Shown one piece after another: positions 51,637 to 64,000 of a stretch of 64,000 bases of DNA (its first letter is position 1; the number at the start of each line of letters is the position of its first letter). Both the position numbers and the translations under genes were made by a program. The stretch is from assembly GCA_038087875.1 (NCBI GenBank), contig JAXLNO010000522.1, positions 1 to 64,000 on the forward strand, read 5' to 3'. The notes under the pieces were generated by a model. The model saw only the letters and a program-made list of their open reading frames with translations, made no database searches and was not told the DNA's origin. This DNA comes from Malacoraja senta (lineage: Eukaryota).

Positions 51637-53193
51637 CTGTCAATAAACAGAAGAGAAACATTTGGAGTCATAGAGTAATAGAAACATAGAAAATAGGTGC
51701 AGGAGGAGGCCATTCGCCCTTCGAGCCAGCACCGCCATTCATTGTGATCATGGCTGATCATCCCCAATCAATAACCCGTGCCTGCCTTCTCCCCATATCC
51801 CTTGATTCCACTAGCCCCTAGAGCTCTATCTAACTCTCTCTTAAATCCATCCAGTGATTTGGCCTCCACTGCCCTCTGTGGCAGGGAATTCCACAAAATC
51901 ACAACTCTCTAGTGGGGTGGAAGATTGCAACCTTCACGTGGTCCACCCTGTTTCGACTAATGCAATAAACTCGACGTGCACAAACGGAAGATCAAATAGA
52001 ACAAGTTGTCCAACAACTTTAGGCTGTGCACACCACACGGAAGAAGAAGAAGAAGGAGAAAACTCTGTAGGTGAAAACGTTTTTTCTCACCTCAGTCTTA
52101 AATGGCCTCCCCTTTATTCTAAGACTGTGGCCCCTGGTTCTGGACTCGCCCAACATTGGGAACATTTTTCCTGCATCTAGCTTGTCCAGTCCTTTTATAA
52201 TTTTATATGTTTCTATAAGATACCCCATCATCCTTCTAAATTCCAGTGAATACAAGCCTAGTCTTTTCAATCTTTCCTCATATGACAGTCCCGCCATCCC
52301 AGGGATCAATCTCGTGAACCTACGCTGCACTGCCTCAATCACAAGGATGTCCTTCCACAAATTAGGAGACCAAAACTGTACACAATACTCCAGATGTGGT
52401 CTTACCAGAGCCCTATACAATTGCAGAAGAACCTCTTTACTCCTATACTGAAATCCTCTTGTTATGAAGGCCAACATTCAATTAGCTTTCTTCACTGCCT
52501 GCTGAACCTGCTCGCCAACTTTCAGTGACTGGTGTACAAGGACACCCAGGTCTTGCTTCACCTCCCCCTTACCCAACCTAACCCCATTGAGATAATAATC
52601 TGCCCCCTTGTTTTTGCCGCCAAAGTGGATAACCACACATTTATCTATATTATGCTGCATCTGCCCACTCACTCAACCTGTCCAGGTCACCCTGCAACCT
52701 CCTAACATCCTCTTCACAGTTCACACTGCCACCCAGCTTTGTGTCATCAGCAAACTTGCTAGTGTTGCTCCTAATTCCCTCTTCCAAATCATTAATATAT
52801 ATGGTAAACAGTTGTGGCCCCAACACCGAGCCTTGCGGCACTCCACTCGCCACTGCCTGCCATTCTGAAAAGGACCCGTTCACTCCTACTCTTTGCTTCC
52901 TGTCTGCCAACCAATTTTCTATCTATGTCAACACCCCACCCCCAATACCATGATACAGCCTAGAAACAGGCCCTTCGGCCCAACTTGCCCACACCGGCCG
53001 ACAATGTCCCATCTACACTAGCACACCCGACAGTCCCCTCGACCCGAGTAGTAGCAGTCAAATACGGGGCAAGGGCGGTCCAGTACGGGGCAAACCCAAT
53101 ATACGGGATGCCCCGGCTACTACGGGACAGTTGGCAACCATTGTGCCTCCCTCCCCAGTCACTGTGGTGCCGCGCGGTTGATCGATAACTGAC

Positions 53194-53341
53194 CGTAGTC
53201 GATGGGCGGAGGGGTCACGGCCTGGTTGCTCTCACACTCCTCCAGCCGTTCCCGCAGAGCCGCCATGTCCTTGCGGATTTGCAACACGTTATTCATGTCG
53301 TACGATTCCAGCTGGTGGACGATGAGGGACATGTTCTCGAT
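53194..53341 (-). CDS. olfm4: OLFM4-like copy 3, coding exon 4
   Basis: Intact splice sites; R>M relative to copy 1. Confidence 0.9.
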
Positions 53342-54142
53342 CTGAAACACAAAGGGAATGGTGGAGGAGCAAGGGGCAACCGAGCAAAAATCATACAACC
53401 GACTTCACCCGAGGTCAGGATCGAACCCGGGTCTCGGGCGCTGTGAGAGCCATCACACCCATGCGGCTCTGCCAGCGTGCTGCCCTTTCATCAAGAATGA
53501 AACATTAACTCTGGACTCAAGGTGAATCGAGTTTGTGAAACGTGTTTAGTTTGGCGATACATCATGGAAACAGGCCCTTCGGCCCACCGAGTCCGTGCCG
53601 ACCAATGATTCTATGTTTCGAATCCTACTCACTAGGGGCAATTTTACAGAAGCCAATTAACCTGCAAGCCCGCACGTCTTTGTAGTGTGGGAGGAAACCG
53701 GAGCACCCGGAGGAAACCCATGCGGTCACAGGGAGAACGCGCAAACTCCGCACAGACAGCACCCGTCATCAGTTTTGAACCGGGTCTCCTAGACACAAGC
53801 AGAATCGAGTGTGTGAAGTGTGTCCTCCTGAACTCAGTGAAGAGCTGGGATATCTCCGGGTGCTCCGGTTTCCTCCCACATTCCAGAGACGTGCGGATTT
53901 GTAGGTTAATTGTCTGCTGTGAAATTGTCCCCTAGTGCAGGATAGAACTAGTATAGGGGCGGTCGCTGGCTGGCACGGACTCAGTGGGCCGAAGGGTCTG
54001 TTTCCACGCTGTATCTCTGAACTCTGAACTCCAGAGATGTTGCCTGACCCGCTGAGGTCCTCCAGCGCTTTGTGTATGTTTTTAGGCCAGAGAGGTGTGG
54101 TGCGTTAAAGTGAATGTTGGTCCTGTGGGTGATGCTCCTCAC

Positions 54143-54352
54143 CTCTTCGTAGAGCTGGTCGATGATGGTGTTGCTCCCGTTGAGCGTCACCTTCAGCTGG
54201 GAGGTGAGGGACACCAGCTCTCGTATCTCCAGCTTGAGCAGCTCAAAGTCGAGGTGGGTGTAGGAGCCCCCGGTCTCAATGCTCTCCACACGCCGGGTCA
54301 GGTTCACCAGCCTGGACGCATACACCGACAGAGTGTGCCCATGTTCCTTCAC
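54143..54352 (-). CDS. olfm4: OLFM4-like copy 3, coding exon 3
   Basis: cag|VKEHGHTLSV...DQLYEE|gtgagg; 4 aa differences from copy 1. Confidence 0.9.
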
Positions 54353-57135
54353 CTGTAGACAACAACCAGGAGTTACACTCACCTTCGGAGAATAGAGAAC
54401 CGGTTGCATCTCAAAATAAAAGGCCGACATTTTGAATTTGGCTCTCTCTTTTATCCACAGCCTTGTTGTGATGTATAGCCAGTACTGCATTGTGTAGCTG
54501 TTGTTAGAACGTGTAGATGTTGTTCCAATGTGTAACCATTCTAATGGCTTCACGCTGCCACGGCAAGGCCAGCAGCATAATCAAGGGCCAGTCTCAGCCC
54601 GGTCACTCCCCCGTCTCCCCTCTCCCATCAGGCAAGAGGTACAGAAGTGTGAAAATGCAAGCTTCAAGATTCAGCGACAGTTTCTTCCCAGTTGCTTTCA
54701 GGCAAGTGAACCAACCTCTCACCAACCAGAGTGGTCCTGAGCCACCATCTACCTCATTGGAGACCCTCGGACTCTCTGGAATTGGACTTTACTGGACTTT
54801 ACCTTTCACCAAATGTTATTCCCTTCATCCTGTATCTGTGGAAAGCTTGATTGTAATCATGTGTTATCTTTCCGCTGAGTGGATAGCACGCAACAAAAGC
54901 TTTTCACTGTACCTCGATACACGTGACAATAAACTAAACTGAACTAAACTAAACTAAACTAAACTAAATACGTAGCTGTTGTTATAATGTGTAGATGTAA
55001 TAAAGGAGGTGTCGTTATATGTAGTTCTTGTTCCAATGTGACTGTCTTGTTCCAATGTGCATGTGTTGTTGGACTGTGCAGCTGATGGATGGAGGAGAGA
55101 GAACTCAGGTACATGGTGTCAAGACCATAACCCCTTCCTCAATATCAACAAGATAAAGGATCTAGTTAGCGATTTCAGAATACATGGTGGAGTACATGCC
55201 CCAATCAGCATCAATGGTACCAAAGCGGAAATCGATGCAAGCTTCAAGTTCCTTGGCGCTAATATGATCAACGATCTGTCGTGGACCGACCACGTTGATG
55301 CGATGGCAAAGAAGGCACACAATAGTCTGTCTTTCCTGAGGAGATGGAATTTCACCATCTCCAGTGACCCCTGCAAACTTTTACAGATGCATTATAGGAA
55401 GCATACTCCTGGGTTTCATCACAGCTTGGTTTGAGAACAGCTCTGGCCAAGAATGGATGAAATCGCAACGAGTTGAAGATGCAGCCCAGCCCATCACACA
55501 GTCCAGACTACCCACCATTGACTCCATCTACACTTCATGCTGCCTTGCGAAGGCAGCCTACATAATCAAAGGCTTATCCCACCCCGGTCATTCCTTCTTC
55601 TCCCTGCTCCCATGTTGCAGAAGGCACCGAAGCTTGAAAGAGCGCACCACCAGACTCAGGAACAGCTTCATCCTCTCTGTTATAAGGCTTTGGAATGATC
55701 TTTCCATAAGTCAGGTTACTGTCACCTCCACCCCATTGTAGACATTGGACTTTATGGAACTGATGCATACATATCTGAGACGGTCTCTATTCACTTATCC
55801 TTTGGTCACATATCAAAACTTCCAATGTCAGTAATTCAGAGAGTCAGTAATTTTCATAACTTCATAAGTTCATAAAATATAGGAGCAGAATTAGGCCAGT
55901 TGACCCATCAAGTCTACTCCGCCGTTCAATCATGGCTGATCTATCTCTCCCTCTTAACCCCATTCTCCTCCCTTCTCCCATAAACCCTGGCACCCATACT
56001 AATCAAGAATCTATTTAACACCGCCTTAAAAATATTCATTGACGTGGCCTCCAAACATCCATTGACTTGCCAGCAAACGCCCATCATACATTAACACACC
56101 CATTCCTGGGATCATTCTTGTAAACCTTCTCTGGATCCTCTCCAAAGAGTTACGGGGCCCAAAACTGTTCTCAATACTCCAAATGCCATCTGACCAGTGC
56201 CTTATAAAGATGGACACAGAAGGCTGGAGTAAAACCCCTGTCCCACTTAGGAGACCTAAACAGCAACATCTGGTGACCTTGCCCGCCACCCAAAAAAAAT
56301 CAAGGTCGAGGTGACCTGCAACCTCCTACCACCTGCCACGCATGTGTTGAAAACCTTCCTCGACTATGAAGAAAACCGGCTTCGACTACACCTGCGACTA
56401 AAAAATTATCAATTTTTAAAACGGCAACCTATATTTAGTCGAGGGTACACAAAAAAGCTGGAGAAACTCAGCGGGTGCAGCGGCATCTAAGGAATGAAGG
56501 AAATAGGCAACGTTTCGGGCTGAAACCCTTCTTCAGACTGATAGGGGGTGGGGAGAAGAAAGGAAAAAAGGCGGAGGAGGAGCCCGAGGGCTGGGGGAGG
56601 GGAGGAGACAACCAGAGGGCTGATGAAGGGGAGGGGACAGCAAGGGCTAGCAGAATTGGGAGAATTCAATGTTCAAGCCCCCAGGATGTAGACTGCCCAA
56701 GCGGAATATGAGGTGCATTTCCTCCAATTTCCGGTGTTGCTCGCTGCGGCCATGGAGGAGACCCAGGACAGAGAGGTCAGATACGGAATGGGAGGGGGAG
56801 TTGGTTTAGTCGAGGTTGGTTTTAAACATGATGAAAAAATAGCAGCAACCTAGATGAAGCCTCGACCACGTGGAAACCACTTTCGACCATTAGGGAGAGT
56901 GACCTAATGGAAACCTCCGGTGACCTCATGGAAACCTTGGGTGGCGGGCAAGGTCACCAGAGGTTGCTGTTTGGGTCTCCTAAGTGGGACAGGGGCTTAA
57001 CTCAGCGGGACAGGCAGCATCCCTGGAGAGTAGGAATGGGTGACATTTTGTGTTGAGCCCCTTCTTCAGACCTTATGAAGCATCCCTGTCTTTTATATTC
57101 TAGTCTCTCAAAATAAACGCTAGAATTGTCCATAC

Positions 57136-57288
57136 CTTGGTGATCTCTGCCTGGACGCTGATATTGAGTTCCGATGTGGTTTCTTCCAGATATTCCATTT
57201 TATCCGCTGGGAAGGTGGTGTCGGGCAGCATCACTGAGCACACACACACTCCGTCACTGTTAACTGTCCCATTGAAGGCCTTGGAAAT
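57136..57288 (-). CDS. olfm4: OLFM4-like copy 3, coding exon 2
   Basis: Same translation as 1069-1221. Confidence 0.88.
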
Positions 57289-58235
57289 CTGTAACCACAT
57301 CAACATTGGGTTAATAGCAGAGCAAAGATTCTGGTGATGCACAGTTCCTGAATAATTCCCATTCAGTCACATTAACATCTCAGTTTCAGTTTCAGTTTAG
57401 TTTATTGTCACGTGTCCCGAGGTACAGGATAAATGCTTTTGTTGCATTCTAACCAGTCAGCACTAAGACAATACCTGATTACAATCGATCCATTTACACA
57501 GTGTACAGATACATGATAAGGGAATAGCGTTTAGTGCAAGGTAAAGCCCGCAAAGTCTGATCAAGGATAATCTGAGGGTCATCAAAGAGGTAGATAGTAG
57601 TTCAGCACTGCTCTCTGGTTGTGGTAGGATGATTCAGTTGCCTGATAACAGCTGGGAAGAAACTGTCCCTGAATCTGGAGGTGAGCGTTTTCACACTTCT
57701 GTACCTCTTGCCTGATGGGAGAGGGGAGAAGAGGGAGTGGCCAGGGTGCATCTCGTCCTTGATTATGCTGCTGGCCTTGCCGAGGCAGCGTTGCTGTTGC
57801 TTTTCATTTGTATGACTGACTTGGCAAATGAAATTCCTCGTATGTTGCAAAACCTACTTGGCTAATAACGTAGTATTGTGAATGTGATTAGAGGAGAAGA
57901 AGGGGCCAGTTTGCTTCACGTATCGTGTGGAGTCAAGCATTTCCATCCAGGCAGTCTGGTTGTGGTTGCAGTTAGACACAAAATGCTGGAGTAACTCAGC
58001 GGGACAGGCAGCATCTCTGGAGAGAAGGAATGGGTGACATTTCGGGTCGAGACCATTCTTCTGTGTGTGGTGTTACGTTGACCAGAACAGTCTTGGAGAA
58101 ACAGCCTGGAGGAGATTGACTGCTCTTGTGCATTAGTCAGTCACAGTGAACTTGACTTTACTCAAACACAGAACGAACTGGGGGGGGGGGTGAAGGGGAC
58201 AAGATTATCTCAGGCAAAATGAGAAATAAACTCAC

Positions 58236-58295
58236 AGAGATCTGGGTAGAGGGCTCCAAGATCGCCACAATCAGCAGCAGGAACGATATCGTCAT
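58236..58295 (-). CDS. olfm4: OLFM4-like copy 3, coding exon 1 (signal peptide)
   Basis: Paralogous to 2169-2228. Confidence 0.8.
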
Positions 58296-60428
58296 TATGC
58301 CTCCCTGTTCACCTGCAGAAGGAAGTGTTGCAGAAGAGATTAAGTACCCAACCCTTCAGGTAGCCAGGCAACCGCACAGAATGGAAACGGAAGCGTTTGA
58401 CTTTAGTTTATCATCACACGAAGAGCTTTTGCTGCGTGCTAACCCGTCAGTGGAAAGACAATACATGATTACAATCAAGCTGACCACAGTGTCCAGACAC
58501 AGGATGAAACTGTTGGCTTATACTCGCTAGAATTTAGGAGATTGAGAGGGGATCTTATAGAAACGTACAAAATTCTTATGGGGTTGGACAGGCTAGATGC
58601 AGGAAGATTGTTCCCGATGTTGGGGAAGTCCAGGACAAGGGGTCACAGCTTAAGGATAAGGGGGAAATCCTTTAAGACCGAGATGAGGAAAAACTTTTTC
58701 ACACAGAGAGTGGTGAATCTCTGGAACTCTCTGCCACAGAGGGTAGTTGAGGCCAGTTCATTGGCTATATTTAAGAGGGAGTTAGATGTGGCCCTTGTGG
58801 CTAAAGGGATCAGGGGGTATGGAGAGAAGGCAGGTACGGGATACTGAGTTGGATGATCAGCCATGATCATATTGAATGGCGGTGCAGGCTCGAAGGGCCG
58901 AATGGCCTACTCCTGCACCTATTTTCTATGAATCTATGTATCTATGAAAGGAATATTGAGAATAACGTTCAGTGTAAGAGAAGCATGGTCAACGTAAGAA
59001 ATGCTGCCGTCGGAGTAAAGATTTAAAAGAGTGGTGCAATAATGCGTGGTTCAGGGCCTGTCCCACTGTACGAGGTAAATCAAGAGTTCTCTCGAGTTTC
59101 CCCTGATTCGAACTCGGAGAAATACGGTAATAGCCGCTCGGAGGTACTCGGGGCTCTCGTGGACATTTTTCAACATGCTGAAAAAACTTCACGAGCTTAC
59201 CGCATTTCCCGAGTACCTGCCGTTAGCGTTACGAGCCGCTAAGAGACGTCCCGAGCTCCGACGTACCCGCTACGTACATTCTACGTACTTACCACGAGTT
59301 TGATTTTTTTTTAAACTCGGGAGAGCTCTTGAATTACCTCGTACAGTGGGACAGGCCCTTAAGTTTAGTTTGGTTTATTGTCACGTGTACCGAGGTACAG
59401 TGAAAAGCTTTTGTTGCGTGCTATCCAGTCAGTGGAAAGACAAAACATGATTTCAATCGATCCATTTACAGTGTGCAGATACATGATAAGGGAATAGGTT
59501 TAGTGCAAGGTAAAGCCAGTAAAATCCGATCAAGGATAGTCTGAGGGTCACCAATGAGGTAGATGGCAGTTCAGCACTGCTCCCTGGTTGTGGTAGGATG
59601 GTTCAGCTGCCTGATAACAGCTGGGAAGAAACTGGGCAGAGATAGATAGATTCTTGATTAGTACGGGTGTCAGGGGTTATGGGGAGAAGGCAGGAGAATG
59701 GGGTTCGGATGGAGAGATAGATCAGCCATGATTGAATGGTGGAATAGACTTGATGGGCCGAGTGGCTTAATTCTTGTCTGAAGAAAGGTCTCGACCCGAA
59801 ACGTCACCTATTCCTTCGCTCCATAGATGCTGCCTCACCCGCTGAGTTTCTCCAGCATTTTGTCTACCTACAATTTTTCCAGCATCTGCAATTCTTTCTT
59901 AAATCATTCTTCTCTTATCACTTATAACCTCCTGACCTCATGACAACCCGGCAATATGAATATTGACTTCCCTAACCTCAAGTAACCCTTGCTTTCCCTC
60001 TCTCTCCATCCCTCCCCCATCCTAGTTCTCCGACTACTTTCACTGACCTCCTGATTTAATATTACTTGGTAAACCTCGCTGGCACTTTCCTCAGCTAACA
60101 ATGATCTCTTCTACATTTTCCTTGATCTTCGTCCCCGTGTGATCTCTCGTTTTCACGCCTTGACCTTCCATATCCCCCGTTTCCCTCTCCCCTGACTCTC
60201 AGTCGGAGGAAGGGTCTCGACCCGAAACGTCACCCACTCCCTCTCTCCCGTGATGCTGCCTGCCCCGCTGAGTTACTCCAGCATTCGATGTCCTCATGGG
60301 CTGATTCACATCATCTGGATTCTTGCTCTTCATTGCACCAGTGTTGAAAACCCCGAGTTAAACGTTCCGTCAAAGTAAACCTCGATCAGATAATCTCTGC
60401 TTCTGAAACGGTGAAGATTTTGACTTAC

Positions 60429-60521
60429 CGATCTGTCAGTGAGTAAGAAGTGAGTGCTGATCTTGTGGAGTGTGGACGCCCAGTGCAATAAATGGTTCCA
60501 CAGAAGACCGTCCATTATATA
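60429..60521 (-). promoter_or_regulatory. Putative TATA box and non-coding exon 1 of copy 3
   Basis: Paralogous to 4362-4454. Confidence 0.6.
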
Positions 60522-63500
60522 GGCAGGTCCTGGGAACACATCACTCTGTTATCTCCCTCTGCTGTTAATGGTGCCAGCAGTTAGCTGGATGGGTAAACTA
60601 AGACGGTGAGATCAAGCACCAAGATTACCGATAAAACCTCACCGGGTGACAGCTGTGCTTCAGAGGCCACAGCGCGAGATAATTTCTTTTGGGGCCCGGA
60701 ACTTGATTGAAGTTTGCCTGTCAAGATGAAGCTAATTAACTACCAATGAGTTACTGTACATCTTGAGTCTCTCTGAGGATCCTTCAATGCTTCTACTCTG
60801 GGGCTGTAGAAAGCATCTTGTCCAGCAGCATCACAATCTGGTTTGGCAACTGCTCTGCCCAGGACAAGAAGGCTCTGCAGAGAGTAGTGCGTTCGACTGG
60901 GAACTACACTCGCCCCCCTGCAGGACCTATACACCAGCAGGTGCAGATCCAGAGCCAGCAACATTATGGGGGACCCCTACCACCCCAGCAACGGACTGTT
61001 CCAGCTGCTACGGTCAGGCAAACGCCTCCGCTGTCACGCTGTGAAAACAGAGAGGATGAGATGGAGTTTCTACCCACAGGCCGTCAGGATTGTAAACTCT
61101 GATCTCACCAGGGACTAATTTACTGTTGTGTTGTGTCTTATTAAAAATAAAAATTCTAACATGTAAATACTGATTCTGTTCTATTCTGTTCTGTAGTTTT
61201 TGCACAATCCGCAGGCATTGTCACTTTCATTTCACTGCACATCTTGTATGTGTATGTGACATAAAGTTGACTTGACTTGACTGTACATCCTTGGGCTTCC
61301 AAGATGGTTCTCCAAGATGACAACAGCTTCCAAGATGGCACCCAACCCAGCTGAGCCACAGTAGCAGATCTACAGACTCATGTTACAATCGCTCCACACT
61401 CTTAAATCTCTGATCCTGCAGCGACATTTAAGGTGATAAGGGATAGGTGTAGAATTAGGCCATTCGGCCCATCAAGTCTACACCGCCATTCAATCATGGC
61501 TGATTTATCTCTCCCTCCGAACCATATTCCCCTGCCTTCTCCCCATAACCTCTGACACCCGTACTGATAAAGAATCTATCTATCTCTGCCTTAAAAATAT
61601 CCACTGACTTGGCCGTACTTTATACACTGTAAATGGGTCGATTGTAATCATGTATTGTCTTTCCACTGACTGGATAACACACAACAAAAGCTTTTCACTG
61701 TACCTCAGTACACGTGACTTGAAACTAAACTGAACTGACCTGAACTGGGCTTAACTTGTTTGGCCAAACTACAAAAGAGGGACCAACAGGAAGGAGATTA
61801 CATAAATGCAATAAGTTGGACGGGGTGGGAGATTGCAACCTTCACGTGGTCCGCCCTGTTTCGACGAATGCAATCAACCTGGCGTGCACAATCAAATAAG
61901 ATCAAATAGAACAAGTTGTCCTGCAACTTTAGGCTGTGCACGCCATACACAAGAAGAATAAATTGGATATCAAGCCACATGGAAATTTGAGGATCCAGTG
62001 GTCCTTTAGAAAACATGATTTACCTGGTGGCACAGCTGGTAGAGCCAGTGACCCAGGTTCGATCCTGACCCTGGGTTCTATCAAGAGAGGACACAAAGTG
62101 CGGGGGTCACCCAGTTCTCCAGAGATGCTGCAGGTTTGTAGGTTAATTGGCTCGGTATAAATGTAAAACATTGTCCCTGGTGTATGTGGGATAGTGCTAG
62201 TGTACGGGGATCGCTGGTCAGCATGGAGATGATGGGCCGAAGGGCTTGCTTCCGCGCTGTATATCTAAACTAAACAAAACTTAAAATATTTGTGCAATTT
62301 ATTGGTGTCCTTGGATGGATGTTGTGAATAACATGATAACAGTGAACGCATTAAACTTAGATTTCCAGAAGCCATGTGGCAAGCTGCTGCCCCAGGGTTT
62401 ATGGTAGAAAATAACACATATCGAATAAGAAATGTGTTAGTGTGTACAGAAGATTGGCCGGATATCAGGAAACAGAGGGCAGATGTAAATGGGTCTTTTT
62501 TGGCTGTCAAGATGGACAAGAGGTTGTTGCTCCTCAATTTACAGGTTTTATTAATCTAGCCATTAATGTCTTGATGGCTTAATGTTCTGTTTACACAATG
62601 ATAGAGGAAAGTAAGTTGAGACAAGAAAAAAGGGTTAGGGAAAGGTGAAATGAGTGGGGAGAGGAGATACAAGGAACTACAGATGCTGGTTTACAAAGAA
62701 AGGACACAAGTGCTGTAATACCTCAGCAGGTCAGGCAGCATCTCTGGAGAACATGGATGGATGATGTTTCCAGTCTTTACGTTAGTTTAGTTTGGAGATA
62801 CTGCGTGGTAATTTGTGGTAAGCTCACTTGTAGCATTGAAAAGGGGGATTCTGAGACCTGAGTACACGTCGTGACGTAGCACCTTCCCGCAAATGCTGCT
62901 CTGGTCCCTGTTAACGGCAGATGGGCCAGCAGGAGATGAAGAACCAGCACCTTGGACAGCGTCTACCTGCTGGAAAGCAGCAGCACCTTGGACTGGCAGA
63001 CTGGGTGAGGTGATCCATGGGAGGGTTTGATGGTTCAGCAACACACTGTGTAGGAAGGAACTGCAGATGCTGCTTTCATCTGAAGATAGACACAAGAAGC
63101 TGGAGTAACAGGCAGCGCCTCTGGAGAGAAGGAATGGGTGGCGTTTCGACCCTTGACCCGAAACGTCACCCATTCCTGCTCTCCAGAGGCGCTGCTTGTC
63201 CCACTGAGTTACTCCAGCTTTTTGTGTCTACCTTCAGCAGAGTGCGGAGGGCATGTCAAAGCATGACAGAGACATGACCTTGCCATCCGCGAGTCATGGC
63301 GCCGGGTGGAAGAGGGCTCTGCCCGAGCCGGCAGCCTGCCCCTTTTATGGGGTTACGTCCGCGCCCGGGTGGTGTTAGAGAGGGACTACGTCCTGTCCAC
63401 GGGCACCCTGGGGGATTTCCGGAACCGCTGGGCACGGCGGGGTGTTGAATGTATCCTTGACACCTGGATCTCCTGCCATCAGGCAAGAGATATCGCAGCA

Positions 63501-64000
63501 TCAAAGCCCGGAGTACAAGACTGCTAAACAGCTTCCTGCCATATGCTGTGAGGCTGCTAAACAGCCACTCTGTACTCACAGTCACCTGATTCTGCGGCTT
63601 GGCACGGACACTAGAATAACTGGCACTGGCCACTTCAATAACTGGCACTGGCCACTTCAATAACTGGCACTGGCCACTCAAATCAGCCACCCCGGACATG
63701 TTTATGATTGGTCTTACTGTATTTTAACGTTGTTTGTATCTATTTTAACTTATACTGTTCCATCAGGGACTGGATTGTTTTAGTGTTGTTATTATTATGT
63801 GTGAAATGTTTTAAACGTCATGTGGGATGCTCCGGTATTCCCTGGGAAACATCTTTTCGTTTTGCACTGCACAACTGTTGCTTGCAAGATGACAATAAAG
63901 GAATTGAATTGAATTGAATTGAATTGACAAGGATTGTAACATAGTTGTCTAGTAGTTTATTTAGTATATTTGTTTGTCTTGTATTATGGTGCTGGGTTCT

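Larger units (their letters stand above)
38943..56067. repeat. Tandem unit C (~17.1 kb, most divergent)
   Basis: Colinear with A; private indels (extra segment at ~44310-44450, 2 instead of 3 copies of a 22-mer, 3-nt insertion in the OLF exon). Confidence 0.97.
56068..64000. repeat. Tandem unit D (partial), apparently identical to 1-7933
   Basis: All ORFs have the same translation at a constant offset of 56067. Confidence 0.95.

Overview
Eukaryotic, repeat-rich vertebrate DNA; the CR1/Penelope/Rex1/tRNA-SINE repertoire suggests a cartilaginous fish such as a skate or ray (inference). The window is a head-to-tail tandem array of a ~17-kb unit. Matching unit starts are at 1, 17035, 38943 and 56068 (units A, B, C and partial D). 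Each period carries one spliced, minus-strand olfactomedin-4-like gene: TATA box, non-coding exon 1, 60-nt signal-peptide exon, 153-nt CxC exon, 210-nt and 148-nt coiled-coil exons, and a terminal olfactomedin-domain exon. I reconstruct three complete, apparently intact genes (~459-460 aa, all GT-AG introns in phase) plus the 5' half of a fourth, and their proteins differ. Unit B alone carries a 4.86-kb DIRS1-type tyrosine-recombinase retrotransposon with intact terminal structure but decayed ORFs, in intron 1 of one gene. Unit D appears identical to unit A over the 7.9 kb visible, suggesting a 56,067-bp three-gene higher-order repeat or an assembly duplication. The rest is nested LINE, SINE and MITE debris. 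All comparisons were made by eye and from the ORF track; no alignments or database searches were run.
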